From: an uncultured Bacteriovoracaceae bacterium | GTDB lineage: Bacteria; Bdellovibrionota; UBA1018; UBA923 | Assembly (NCBI GenBank): GCA_964572865.1 | Contig: CAZNGN010000005.1 | Location: forward strand, 48,104-112,103 | Length of the DNA: 64,000 bases | Reading direction: 5' to 3' | Shown here: piece after piece, positions 9,239 to 18,778 of the stretch | Layout: each line of letters begins with the position of its first letter | How positions within the stretch are numbered: position 1 is the stretch's first letter | Program-made: the position numbers and the translations under genes | Notes under the pieces: generated by a model | The model's database searches: none | Told to the model about the DNA's origin: nothing | Seen by the model: only the letters and a program-made list of their open reading frames with translations

Positions 9239-10105
9239 ATGGATAAGTGGATTAAATGCATTGCAAAAGGTGGGAATATCCAAGCTACAGCTATCACAGC
9301 AAAAAGCTTGATTGAAACCGCTCAACAGAAACATTCTTTGGGCGCTGTTGAAATAAAACCTTTGGGTGAAGCAATGCTCGCAGGACTGCTTTTAGCTTCA
9401 ACCTGCAAACAAGGTGAGCGAATAAACCTATCCGTAAAAGGCGATCATTATTTAAAGCAAGTAATTGTCGATGCCTATCCATCTGGCATTGTGCGCGGAT
9501 TCATAGATACTCGCAAAGAACATCCCCCACTCGATGATTCAAAAGGTCCATGGCAAAATGGATTATTATACGTCATGCGCGTAAAGCCTGAACAAAAAGA
9601 TCCGTATATTGGAGTTGTACCCAACGTTACAGGACATTTGGCAAAAGACATAACCTATTACCTTTCGCAGTCAGAACAAATTCCTTCTGCAGTAGGTTTG
9701 GTAGTGAATACTGACTCAACAGGTGCGGTACAATCGGCAGGAGCATTTTTAGTTCAAATCATGCCGGGAGCTACTTTAGAAGAAATTAAAATGGTTGAAA
9801 AAAATATCAACACAATGGAAAAACTTGCGCGCCAAATTGCAGTGAACGAAAACCCAACTGCAATATTAGGCCAAGTTTTTAACGATATGACGTTTACATT
9901 GCTAGAAGAACGTCCTTTGCGATTTGAATGTTCATGCAGTCGTGAACGAGTAAAAGAAGCACTTCATTTATTTGGCATTTCAGAATTACAAGACATGATC
10001 GCAAAAGAAGGCGGAGCAAAAGTTCATTGTGATTTTTGTTCAAGCGAATTTAAATTTGATGTGAAAGATTTAGAAAATATAATTCAAAATTATAAAAAAG
10101 AATAA
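9239..10105 (+). CDS. hslO: Redox-regulated chaperone Hsp33
   Basis: 288 aa. C-terminal zinc centre CSCSRERV...HCDFCSSEF (CxC...CxxC). Typical length. Confidence 0.9.
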   Translation: MDKWIKCIAKGGNIQATAITAKSLIETAQQKHSLGAVEIKPLGEAMLAGLLLASTCKQGERINLSVKGDHYLKQVIVDAYPSGIVRGFIDTRKEHPPLDDSKGPWQNGLLYVMRVKPEQKDPYIGVVPNVTGHLAKDITYYLSQSEQIPSAVGLVVNTDSTGAVQSAGAFLVQIMPGATLEEIKMVEKNINTMEKLARQIAVNENPTAILGQVFNDMTFTLLEERPLRFECSCSRERVKEALHLFGISELQDMIAKEGGAKVHCDFCSSEFKFDVKDLENIIQNYKKE

Positions 10106-10119
10106 AGTTAGGACTACTC

Positions 10120-11103
10120 GTGGGCACAAAAATTAAAACTAAATTTACAGAAATGATGGGAGTAGATCTTCCGATAATCGCTGGCCCAATGTTTTTGGTA
10201 AGCAATGAAACATTGGTTTCTGCCGTTTCTTCTGCCGGAGGTATCGGTGCCATGCCCTCTCTTAACTGGCGCTCATCTGATGAGTTTAGAGCGGCCGTGC
10301 GTGCAGTTCGAGCTGCAACCGACAAACCATTTGCAGTGAATATCATTGTAAATAAAGCAAATCCAAGAGTAGATCGAGATTTAGAAATTTGTGTTGAAGA
10401 AAAAGTGCCGATGATCATTACTTCACTTGGTAACCCAAAAACAGTGATCGAAAAAATGCATGCAATCGGTTCAAAAGTATTTTGTGACGTTACAACATTA
10501 GAGTATGCAAAAAAAGTTGAAGACCTTGGCGCCGATGGCGTGATTGCAGTTTCTGCTGGCGCTGGAGGACACGCAGGCCCCGTTTCTCCGTTAGTTCTGG
10601 TTCCGTATTTAGTTGAAAATTTACGCATACCAGTTGTAGCTGCTGGAGGAATTGCAAAAGGCAATCAAATGCTCGCAGCATTAGTGTTAGGCGCTTCTGC
10701 CGTTCAAATTGGAACTCGATTTATTGCATCGAACGAAGCAAAAGTTTCAGACGAATATAAACAAGCTATTTTAGGTGCAAAACCAGAAGACATTGTTTTA
10801 ACGAAGAAAATCTCTGGAACACCTGCATCAGTGATTAAAACTCCGTATGTAGAAAATGAAGGAACAGAACTTAATTTTATTGAAAACTTTCTTCACAAAA
10901 ACCCTTCAACCAAAAAATACATGAAACTAATGCGAAATCTTTTGGGCGCACGAATACTCAACAAAGCTGCCTCTTCTACTACTTGGAAACAACTCTGGTC
11001 TGCTGGCCAAGGCGTGGGTCTGATCGAAGATGTACTTCCTGTTCGTACAATTATTGACAACCTATTGAGTGAGTTCGAAGCGGCAAAAAAGAATTTGCCT
11101 TAA
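10120..11103 (+). CDS. FMN-dependent oxidoreductase, nitronate monooxygenase / FabK family
   Basis: 327 aa. PIIAGPM, GGIGAMP, SAGAGGHAG and AAGGIAKG motifs of the NMO/enoyl-ACP reductase II TIM-barrel family. GTG start. Confidence 0.75.
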   Translation: MGTKIKTKFTEMMGVDLPIIAGPMFLVSNETLVSAVSSAGGIGAMPSLNWRSSDEFRAAVRAVRAATDKPFAVNIIVNKANPRVDRDLEICVEEKVPMIITSLGNPKTVIEKMHAIGSKVFCDVTTLEYAKKVEDLGADGVIAVSAGAGGHAGPVSPLVLVPYLVENLRIPVVAAGGIAKGNQMLAALVLGASAVQIGTRFIASNEAKVSDEYKQAILGAKPEDIVLTKKISGTPASVIKTPYVENEGTELNFIENFLHKNPSTKKYMKLMRNLLGARILNKAASSTTWKQLWSAGQGVGLIEDVLPVRTIIDNLLSEFEAAKKNLP

Positions 11104-11156
11104 TTCAAAATTAATTTTTCTTTGACAGAGTACTTATAATTGATTTCAATTGTAAT

Positions 11157-11618
11157 ATGAAAAAACATATAATTCATATTTTAGCTTTTTGTATCAGTTC
11201 AATCTCATTTGCTTCTCAATTAAATGCAACTGAATTCAAGCCAATCGGCGGAGTGCTACAACTCAAGAAAACTCCAAGTACAAAATTATATTTTTCTTGT
11301 TATGATGAAGGATGTAAACACACTGTTTTTGTTCTCGAAGAAGATGGAAAAACCAAAGAAAGCAATATCATCCAACTTCCTACTGCAACAGACACTGACT
11401 CATATCAAGACAAATGGGGAACTCTCTTATCACTAGCAACCAACACCTCATTAACAATGCCACCTTGGCCTGAATTTCGTTATTTGTACTTAGTAAATCA
11501 ATGTCAAAAAACATTACTACGTGAATTTCATTTCATGGACGACGCAAAAAATTTAGGTAAAACAAATACAATCAAAAAATTATATTTAAATCACTTGCTC
11601 ACGAATTTGGGAATATAA
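11157..11618 (+). CDS. Hypothetical secreted protein
   Basis: 153 aa with a signal peptide (ILAFCISSISFASQ). No recognisable domain. Confidence 0.45.
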   Translation: MKKHIIHILAFCISSISFASQLNATEFKPIGGVLQLKKTPSTKLYFSCYDEGCKHTVFVLEEDGKTKESNIIQLPTATDTDSYQDKWGTLLSLATNTSLTMPPWPEFRYLYLVNQCQKTLLREFHFMDDAKNLGKTNTIKKLYLNHLLTNLGI

Positions 11619-11620
11619 TC

Positions 11621-12454
11621 CTACGGCGGAAAGCCAATCGACACTTTAATCGCAGAATATTCTGGATGAATCGATCCATCTTTACATCGAATCGTTAGAT
11701 TTGGTTCTTGAAACGTTATTTCACGATGTTTTTCTGGTAAATGTTCTGAGCGAATCATTAAAAATAATCCCAAAAGTGGGGCATCACCTTCTTTTAAAAC
11801 TACATTTCTTCTACGTAATATTGTAAATCCGTTTTGAGCAGCAGCTTTTAAAACGCGATCTTCTTGAAATTGTGGAGCTATCGGAAACACCAACGCAAAT
11901 ACGCCCCCCACCGTTACGTGTTGCGAAGCAACTCGAATATAATCTGATACATCTCCACGAAGTTCAAATCTACAGGCGATCTTTTGATCATGTTCTGATT
12001 GAATTCCTTTTTCGATTGGAAAATATGGGGGACTTCCTAATATTAAATCAAATTTTTCATTTTCATCTAGTAGTTTAGGTTCTCTAAAATCACCTAAACG
12101 CAATTCCATTCGATCGTTTAATCCATTATAAGCGACCGACTTTTTTGCTAAACGAAAACTTACTTCTTGTGCTTCAATCGTAACAATACGAGCTGCTGGC
12201 AATCTCCAAGCAACAATTGTTGCTACAGAACCAAGTCCTGAACCTAAATCTAAAACGGTATGGACTGACGGAGAAAACGAAGTTCCATACCACGCGACTA
12301 GCAAATCATCTGTCGAAAATTTATTTCCATTTTCTAATTGGAATAATTTAAAGTTTCCACACATTCCATCAAGTGATTCTCCTGCCTCAGGATGAACGAT
12401 TCCTTCTCCTTTGGCTTCTACACCGTGAATGGCAAATCCTTTAAATTTTCTCAT
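11621..12454 (-). CDS. SAM-dependent N6-adenine-type methyltransferase (TrmN6/YfiC-like)
   Basis: 277 aa. Motif I VLDLGSGLGSV and catalytic DLILGSPPYFP (N/D/S-PPY/F). Confidence 0.6.
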   Translation of the reverse strand: MRKFKGFAIHGVEAKGEGIVHPEAGESLDGMCGNFKLFQLENGNKFSTDDLLVAWYGTSFSPSVHTVLDLGSGLGSVATIVAWRLPAARIVTIEAQEVSFRLAKKSVAYNGLNDRMELRLGDFREPKLLDENEKFDLILGSPPYFPIEKGIQSEHDQKIACRFELRGDVSDYIRVASQHVTVGGVFALVFPIAPQFQEDRVLKAAAQNGFTILRRRNVVLKEGDAPLLGLFLMIRSEHLPEKHREITFQEPNLTIRCKDGSIHPEYSAIKVSIGFPP

Positions 12455-12455
12455 A

Positions 12456-13094
12456 TTAAACGATTTCAGTTTTTAAGTTTTCTAGATACATACGCATCAC
12501 TTCAGCTCTTCGCACACCTTCTGTGCGACCCGCTTCTGTTTGCATCATCTCAATTGTGCAAAATAATTTCGTATAAAAATGATCGATAGTATTTACCATA
12601 TCATCTAGCTTACGCTTTTCTGCAAACGCATCTTCAGGATCGTATATTCTTCGATTGAACATGCCTCCAACCATAAAACAACGAGCGATGCCTATTGCGC
12701 CTACGCCATCTAGCCTGTCAGCATCTTGTACTACTTTTGCTTCGATTGTGCGCGCTGTGATTCCTGCTGAAAAACTATGGGCTTCAATTGCGTGAGCAAT
12801 GTCCGCAAATAAACTTTTTTCATATCCAATAGAATCTAACCATTTGATTGCAGCCTCAGCTGAAATGCGTGATGCTTGCGATCGTCGCGGATCATTTTTT
12901 GCTATATAAACGTAATCGTGTAACCAAACCGCAGGCACTACTACTTCCAAACGAGCTTTTTCAACTTCTGCCAATTGTTTTGCTGTTTTAACTACTCGAT
13001 AATAATGAGACACGTCGTGCGCAGAATCTGCACCTTCGCACAAAGACTTGCAATGGGTGCGAAATTTTTCTTCCCACAAATTTAAATTATGCAA
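12456..13094 (-). CDS. HD-domain phosphohydrolase (YedJ-like)
   Basis: 212 aa. HDVSHYYRV...WLHDYV...DADRLD HD-motif series. Confidence 0.7.
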   Translation of the reverse strand: MHNLNLWEEKFRTHCKSLCEGADSAHDVSHYYRVVKTAKQLAEVEKARLEVVVPAVWLHDYVYIAKNDPRRSQASRISAEAAIKWLDSIGYEKSLFADIAHAIEAHSFSAGITARTIEAKVVQDADRLDGVGAIGIARCFMVGGMFNRRIYDPEDAFAEKRKLDDMVNTIDHFYTKLFCTIEMMQTEAGRTEGVRRAEVMRMYLENLKTEIV

Positions 13095-13114
13095 AGTAGA
13101 CTCCCAAAATTAAA

Positions 13115-13546
13115 TTATTTATTTTTGTGATGTTCAGCGCGAATGATAGTTTTAATATTTCCACGAACGTTAAAATCACCAACTACTTCAATATAGTGCG
13201 GATCTAATAATTTAATTAAATCATCCAGAATAACGTTTGATACATCTTCGTGAAAAATTCCCTGATTGCGAAATTTGTTTATATAAAGTTTTAAACTTTT
13301 TAATTCCACACAGTATTGATCAGGAATATATTTAATATTAATAGTAGCAAAATCAGGAAAACCCGATTTTGGACAAATACATGTAAACTCAGGACAGCTA
13401 AACTCAACAGTATACTTTCTGTGACGTGTGCGGTTTTCAAAACGCTCTAGATGAGCATCTTCAATTAGTTTTGCGCCATAAGGCATTGAATTTGTGTTTT
13501 CCATAATGGATGTTTTATAGCAAAAAGAAGGTGAATATCCAACCAT
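13115..13546 (-). CDS. queF: NADPH-dependent 7-cyano-7-deazaguanine reductase
   Basis: [26 protein letters not shown]...[21 protein letters not shown] is the type I QueF signature. GGGGG RBS before the ATG at 13546. An alternative internal start lies at 13504. Confidence 0.85.
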   Translation of the reverse strand: MVGYSPSFCYKTSIMENTNSMPYGAKLIEDAHLERFENRTRHRKYTVEFSCPEFTCICPKSGFPDFATINIKYIPDQYCVELKSLKLYINKFRNQGIFHEDVSNVILDDLIKLLDPHYIEVVGDFNVRGNIKTIIRAEHHKNK

Positions 13547-13611
13547 TTTACCCCCAAATTGCCCCCTTCTTGGTCATTGCACTAACCTAAAAGGCCAATT
13601 AAAGTGTTCTT

Positions 13612-14199
13612 ATGGCGAAAATCTACACAAAAGTGGGCGATAAAGGCAGCACCTCTCTTTTAGGCGGACAAAAGGTGCTTAAAAATAACGTTAAAATTCA
13701 AGCATATGGCACCGTAGATGAATTGAACTCTTTTATCGGTTCTGCCCGCACTGAACTCAGTCGGTTAGTGAAAGCTCCCAATTTTCATTCAATTGAATCA
13801 TTCGGAAAATTAGATTATTTATTAGAAAAAATTCAACATTGGCTTTTTAATTTGGGATCACTTCTCGCCGCCCATCCAGATGATCGTGTAAAATTTAATT
13901 TGCGTGAAATCACCGATAAAGAAATAAAAATGCTTGAAGAAGCGATCGATGAAGCGACTTCAATTCTACCACCGTTAAAAGAATTTATTTTACCTTCTGG
14001 ATCTGAACTTGCTGTACGTTTTCATCTTTGCCGAACCATTACAAGAAGAGCCGAAAGACTCATGATCGAACTTTCAGATGAAATTCCGCCACAATCAATA
14101 CCTTTTATCAATCGCCTAAGTGATTATTTTTTCACAATGGCTAGGTTTGCAAATTTTAAACTCAATACATCAGAAACAACTTGGAAAAAAGAAGAATAA
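13612..14199 (+). CDS. PduO-type ATP:cob(I)alamin adenosyltransferase
   Basis: 195 aa. N-terminus KIYTKVGDKGSTSLLGG and C-terminus CRTITRRAER...INRLSDYFF are typical of the family. Confidence 0.85.
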   Translation: MAKIYTKVGDKGSTSLLGGQKVLKNNVKIQAYGTVDELNSFIGSARTELSRLVKAPNFHSIESFGKLDYLLEKIQHWLFNLGSLLAAHPDDRVKFNLREITDKEIKMLEEAIDEATSILPPLKEFILPSGSELAVRFHLCRTITRRAERLMIELSDEIPPQSIPFINRLSDYFFTMARFANFKLNTSETTWKKEE

Positions 14200-14216
14200 A
14201 GTAGAGTTCATTTAAA

Positions 14217-15620
14217 ATGGAAAAATTATTTTCACACGACTGGGTAAAAGAATCATTAAAAGCAGAACTTACTCAATCTTCATTTGGACACATAAGTGCT
14301 CAATATTCTCAAATTACTACTGATTCTAGAAAAATCTCAGCAAATTCTTTTTTTGTTGCCATTCCAGGTGAAAAATTTGATGGCCATGATTTTATTAAAA
14401 ACACCTTACTATCCGGAGCGACAGGGGTGCTTTGCTCAGAGTCTTATAGCGGACTTTCTGATTTAAAATTAAAATATCCAAAAGCTAATTTTTACGTAGT
14501 TAAAGATTCTCTCAAATCATTTCGAACATTAGCGCATCACTGGAGAATGAAATTTCAAATTCCAGTCATATGTGTTGCCGGATCTGTAGGTAAAACAACA
14601 ACCAAAGAAATGCTCGCAGCTGCACTCACAGGAAAATTTTCTTCTTTACTAAAAACACAAGGTTCGTTTAACGGATTTGTAGGAATACCTATCACATTAT
14701 TTGAGCTTCGTTCTCACCATCAAGTTGCTGTCATTGAAATAGGAATAGATGACATCAATACAATGACAGACCATATGGAAATTGTTCATCCCACTCATGG
14801 AATTTTATCTGCCATAGGACCTGAACATTTAGAAAAATTAATTGATGTACCAACTGTAGCTCGCGAAGAGTCGGTTGCCCTCACTTGGATTGCACAACAG
14901 GGTGGCACTGTTTTTCAAAAATTAGATGATGAGTGGATTTCAAAAATTAAATTCAAACCCAACGCAAAACTGATCACTCTAGGACTCGATAACTCAAATG
15001 CACATTTTTCAGGATCAATACAAAATGAACAGTTAGTACTTCTCAAACAAAACCAAAAATTTGATCTGGTTTTACCTGGCTTACATAATGTTTCGAACCA
15101 ACTCAATGCAATCGCAATTTGCTCAACACTAGGAATGACTTTCGATGAAATCAAAAAAGGTCTTACTACATTCACGGCAGCAACCGGCAGAACAGAAATT
15201 CACAAAAAAGATATTCCACAGAAAAATCTCACCTATATATGCGATTATTACAACGCAAACCCTTCTTCGATGAAAGCAGCTCTTGCATTACTCAAAACAT
15301 ATTCTGCAAAATCTAATGGCAGGCTTATTGCTGTTCTTGCTGACATGCTTGAGTTAGGTCCAAAAGAGTTAGAACTACATTCAGATTTATACAATGACAT
15401 TCAAGCCACTGGATGTGCCGAAGTTTACTTATATGGCCCTCGAATGAAATCATTATTTGATAAATTTAAATCATCAACGTTTTCTGGAAAGTACTCTCAC
15501 CATGAAACTCATTCAGAGATTGCAGAGCACTTAAAAAAATCATTAAAAGTAAATGACACTGTTTTAATTAAAGGTTCACGCGGAATGAAAATGGAAGAAG
15601 TCTGGAAAAAACTTACTTAA
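14217..15620 (+). CDS. murF: UDP-MurNAc-tripeptide--D-Ala-D-Ala ligase
   Basis: 467 aa. P-loop AGSVGKTTTKEM, a Mur ligase middle domain and C-terminal LIKGSRGMKME. Confidence 0.85.
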   Translation: MEKLFSHDWVKESLKAELTQSSFGHISAQYSQITTDSRKISANSFFVAIPGEKFDGHDFIKNTLLSGATGVLCSESYSGLSDLKLKYPKANFYVVKDSLKSFRTLAHHWRMKFQIPVICVAGSVGKTTTKEMLAAALTGKFSSLLKTQGSFNGFVGIPITLFELRSHHQVAVIEIGIDDINTMTDHMEIVHPTHGILSAIGPEHLEKLIDVPTVAREESVALTWIAQQGGTVFQKLDDEWISKIKFKPNAKLITLGLDNSNAHFSGSIQNEQLVLLKQNQKFDLVLPGLHNVSNQLNAIAICSTLGMTFDEIKKGLTTFTAATGRTEIHKKDIPQKNLTYICDYYNANPSSMKAALALLKTYSAKSNGRLIAVLADMLELGPKELELHSDLYNDIQATGCAEVYLYGPRMKSLFDKFKSSTFSGKYSHHETHSEIAEHLKKSLKVNDTVLIKGSRGMKMEEVWKKLT

Positions 15621-16582
15621 AATGTAAAACCAACTCCGATACCAACTTCAATACCGGTTAAGTCAATAATTCTATTTTGATAACGATTGTTTTTAATAAA
15701 TACTTGTCCACCACGCATCGATGCAGCTTCAGCAGTAGATAGTTCTTTTGAAACTAAATATCGGTAACTGGTTTCTGCAAATACAGAAAACATTTTGCCA
15801 ACAGGTTTTGTTAAATTTCCTCTTAATAACGTAGTCATTGGGGTATCGGTCATAATCAATGAATTCGGTGCTGTAAGGCTAATAGCCTGTACATTGAGAG
15901 AAGTTTTAGGAGCAAATCCAACCATTGCTGCAGCAGAAAATACAATTGGTGAATCTTTCGTTAATGTATATTCAATTCCACCCATAATCGGATAAGATCG
16001 TAATCCAATGTTATAGGTAATGCCTGACGCAGTTTCTTTTGCGACAACATCTTTATATAACATTTCTACTCTCATTAAGATTGCCCATCGTGGATTGTTT
16101 AAGTAAATTCCCACTTCTCCGCCTACATCACTGATTGATTTGAATTCAGTAAAACTAAAAATATCGTTAATATCTGTAGCATTTTGAAACTGCATTCCAT
16201 AAAATACTCTGGTAAAAATTCGTTTGTTCGCAACATTTGTTTTAGCTCTTTCTTTATACTGAGCTATCGGTGAAGGCTCATTTGGCAACTGATCTTGAGC
16301 TTGTTCTCTTAATTTATTTGCTTTACCTACCGACAGAAACGATTCGTGTATCCAACCGTACGCCCCTGACTTAGATCGTATTTTAAACCACCCTCCTTCA
16401 AAGGGTTGAGAAGAAATTCTTACTTCAGATCCTAAGGGTAAAAACTCTAATGTATTTGCATTTTCTCTCGGATCAGATTTAATCGTAGCATTATTCGTAG
16501 TGACAGTGGCATCTTGAGCTGCCATTACTATGCTTGACACGAACAACATTAGGATTATTAAAATTAAATTTATTTTTTTCAT
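15617..16582 (-). CDS. SH3b-domain protein with a C-terminal outer-membrane beta-barrel-like domain
   Basis: 321 aa. Signal peptide, SH3b-like GGWFKIRSKSGAYGWIHESFL, alternating-hydrophobic strands, and a C-terminus ending GVGFTF. Confidence 0.55.
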   Translation of the reverse strand: MKKINLILIILMLFVSSIVMAAQDATVTTNNATIKSDPRENANTLEFLPLGSEVRISSQPFEGGWFKIRSKSGAYGWIHESFLSVGKANKLREQAQDQLPNEPSPIAQYKERAKTNVANKRIFTRVFYGMQFQNATDINDIFSFTEFKSISDVGGEVGIYLNNPRWAILMRVEMLYKDVVAKETASGITYNIGLRSYPIMGGIEYTLTKDSPIVFSAAAMVGFAPKTSLNVQAISLTAPNSLIMTDTPMTTLLRGNLTKPVGKMFSVFAETSYRYLVSKELSTAEAASMRGGQVFIKNNRYQNRIIDLTGIEVGIGVGFTF

Positions 16583-17541
16583 TTTAGTAAACTCACGAAT
16601 GACATGGGATCAACTTTCATCCCATGTAGTTTTACTCCCCAATGTAAATGTGGACCACTAGCTCTTCCTGTTGCACCACTCAATCCTAATTCATCTTTTT
16701 TAGAAACGGTTTGGCCTTCTTTTACTTTTAACTTCGACATGTGACCATAAATTGTAAAAAAATTAAATCCATGATCGATGATTACAGTATATCCTGTGAA
16801 AAATAATTTATGTGCACAAACAACTTTTCCAGCTAAGGGGGCATAGATTGGGGTTCCAGTGGGAGCTCTAAAATCTGTTCCTAAGTGTGAGCTTGCCATT
16901 TTGCCATTATAAACTCGGTTTGATCCATATACCGACGTAATCTCTTTTTCGACTGGCAGAATAATTGGTTTATCCCAAAGCTTTTCATTCACACTATTCG
17001 CATAAGCTTTGGCTAAAAACTTATTATCTTCAGCAATGATTTTTAAATCTGCCTTTGTTGGTTCAACAGAACGAGGTGGTACAGTCAGTTTTTCAGATGG
17101 AAATTTTCCCTTTAATACATTTAAACTTAACTTTTGATCAGTACAATTTTTATCAATACAAGTTTTTAAAGTGAAATCAGAAGTCCCAATGCTAGTGCCA
17201 AATTCAGTTCCTACATAGGATGAATATTTATGGCCTGCATCTGTTTTTTCTTCAAAAAATGCGATTGATTTTTCTTTAAATTTTGCTGATATTTCATCAA
17301 TTTTTTTAGAAGATTCAACTGTCATTAAAAAAACGGCACCTTCGATTACTCCTTCTTTAGGATACGAAATTTTAATATCAAAATTTTCAGATTGAATTAC
17401 AGTTTTTTCTGATTCAGGTTCACGTGTTGCGTGCGCACCACAACCCACAAATGTTGTAAGTAAACATAAAAAAAATAAATTATGAATCAATAAATTTAGC
17501 TTTAGCTTTTCCATCCACAAACCTAATTTCAATCTCTGCAT
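16579..17541 (-). CDS. M23 family metallopeptidase (lipoprotein)
   Basis: 320 aa. Lipobox-like LLTTFVGC. HLGTDFRAPTGTPIYAPLAGKV...GPHLHWGV M23 zinc motifs. The true start may be the internal M at 17514. Confidence 0.8.
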   Translation of the reverse strand: MQRLKLGLWMEKLKLNLLIHNLFFLCLLTTFVGCGAHATREPESEKTVIQSENFDIKISYPKEGVIEGAVFLMTVESSKKIDEISAKFKEKSIAFFEEKTDAGHKYSSYVGTEFGTSIGTSDFTLKTCIDKNCTDQKLSLNVLKGKFPSEKLTVPPRSVEPTKADLKIIAEDNKFLAKAYANSVNEKLWDKPIILPVEKEITSVYGSNRVYNGKMASSHLGTDFRAPTGTPIYAPLAGKVVCAHKLFFTGYTVIIDHGFNFFTIYGHMSKLKVKEGQTVSKKDELGLSGATGRASGPHLHWGVKLHGMKVDPMSFVSLLK

Positions 17542-18778
17542 TTTTTTTGACTTGTTGCAGAGATTTAATCACTTTTCTAGATTTGACTTCCTCTATCAAA
17601 GTATACCCCCTACCTAAAACTTTTAAAGGGGACAATGCTTCTAATTGTGAAGAAAGAGTATTTAATTGATTTTTTTTCTTAGTAACTGCTCTTTCTAATA
17701 AAATTTGGATACGCATTTCAATGTCGTCAATCATTTGACGGTACTGTGGAACTACCCCTTCCATCGCATGAAGCATTCTCATTTCAAGTTGTAAAAATAA
17801 TTTTCGCTTTTGATGAACTTTATCTGCGGGTGAAATCATTCGATTTTCAATTTGAAGCACTTTTGATTTCAGTTTCGCAATTTGCGAACTCATAGCTAAT
17901 ACCAATTTATTTTTTAAGTGACTAAATTGATCAAAAAGTTCGGTAGAGCTTTTTGAAACTAATTCAGCCGCGGCCGAAGGTGTGGGCGCACGTAAATCTG
18001 CTGCAAAATCACAAAGTGTAAAGTCTACTTCATGCCCGATTGCTGATATAATTGGAATTTTACTTTCTGCAACTGCTCGAACCACTTTTTCATCATTGAA
18101 CGACCAAAGATCTTCAATGGAGCCACCACCTCTAGCTAAAATAATTACTTCACCTGTTTGATGTTCGTTCGCAATACTCAATGCTTTGACAATTTGATCA
18201 GGAGCATCTTCTCCTTGCACTAAGGTTGGTATCACTAAAATATTTAATGATACATTTCTACGGCTTAATACATTTAAAATATCTTGAAGTGCCGCGGCAG
18301 TAGGGGAAGTAATAATTGTAATTTTCGAAGGATGCGTTGGAAGTTGTTTTTTTCTTATAGCATCAAAAAGTCCTTCTTTTTGTAACTTTACTTTTAATTG
18401 TTCAAACGCAAGTTGCAATGCACCTGCACCCACTGGTTCTACATGATCAACTATGAGTTGGTAATTTCCTCTGGGAGCATATACAGAAATTTTACCGTGG
18501 ACTAATACTTCTAAACCGTCTTCGATATTGAATTTTTTAATTTGTCTCTGACTGCCTTTGAAATATGCGCAAGATACCACCGCAAATTCATCTTTTAAAC
18601 TAAAATAGGAGTGGCCTACTGCTGAAGATTTATATCCAGAAATTTCGCCTTTAACCCAAACTTCACCCACTTCCATCTCTAGTAAACCTTTGATTTTCGA
18701 AGTAAGTTGGCTAACTGATAGTGGTTTTGGTGCACTGACTTGATTTGAAAATAAAAAATCAGTCTGGTTGTTTTCCAT
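17480..18778 (-). CDS. xseA: Exodeoxyribonuclease VII large subunit
   Basis: OB-fold N-terminus (VWVKGEISGYK...GHSYFSLKD), catalytic core and coiled-coil C-terminus. The ORF is open to a TTG at 18841, but the ATG at 18778 (MENNQTD) is the likelier start. Confidence 0.85.
   Translation of the reverse strand: MENNQTDFLFSNQVSAPKPLSVSQLTSKIKGLLEMEVGEVWVKGEISGYKSSAVGHSYFSLKDEFAVVSCAYFKGSQRQIKKFNIEDGLEVLVHGKISVYAPRGNYQLIVDHVEPVGAGALQLAFEQLKVKLQKEGLFDAIRKKQLPTHPSKITIITSPTAAALQDILNVLSRRNVSLNILVIPTLVQGEDAPDQIVKALSIANEHQTGEVIILARGGGSIEDLWSFNDEKVVRAVAESKIPIISAIGHEVDFTLCDFAADLRAPTPSAAAELVSKSSTELFDQFSHLKNKLVLAMSSQIAKLKSKVLQIENRMISPADKVHQKRKLFLQLEMRMLHAMEGVVPQYRQMIDDIEMRIQILLERAVTKKKNQLNTLSSQLEALSPLKVLGRGYTLIEEVKSRKVIKSLQQVKKNAEIEIRFVDGKAKAKFIDS

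Noticed and set aside
10050-10664. 204-aa antisense ORF inside the NMO/FabK-like gene. Similar shadow ORFs occur at 1449-1763, 7829-8011, 24678-25022, 25235-25618, 32473-32754, 33584-33865, 45009-45410, 48286-48534, 55603-55896, 59928-60215 and 62252-62608.
   Set aside because: They lie opposite well-supported genes with clear motifs, have low-complexity or odd composition, lack an RBS, and arise where the sense gene is locally GC-richer. They are typical shadow ORFs.
13505-13611. preQ1 riboswitch upstream of queF.
   Set aside because: The minus-strand leader has one AAGAAGG/CCTTCTT stem but nothing like the preQ1-I/II/III consensus, such as the conserved C-rich loop and A-rich tail pseudoknot. 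The stem lies inside the longer ORF if the ATG at 13546 is used.
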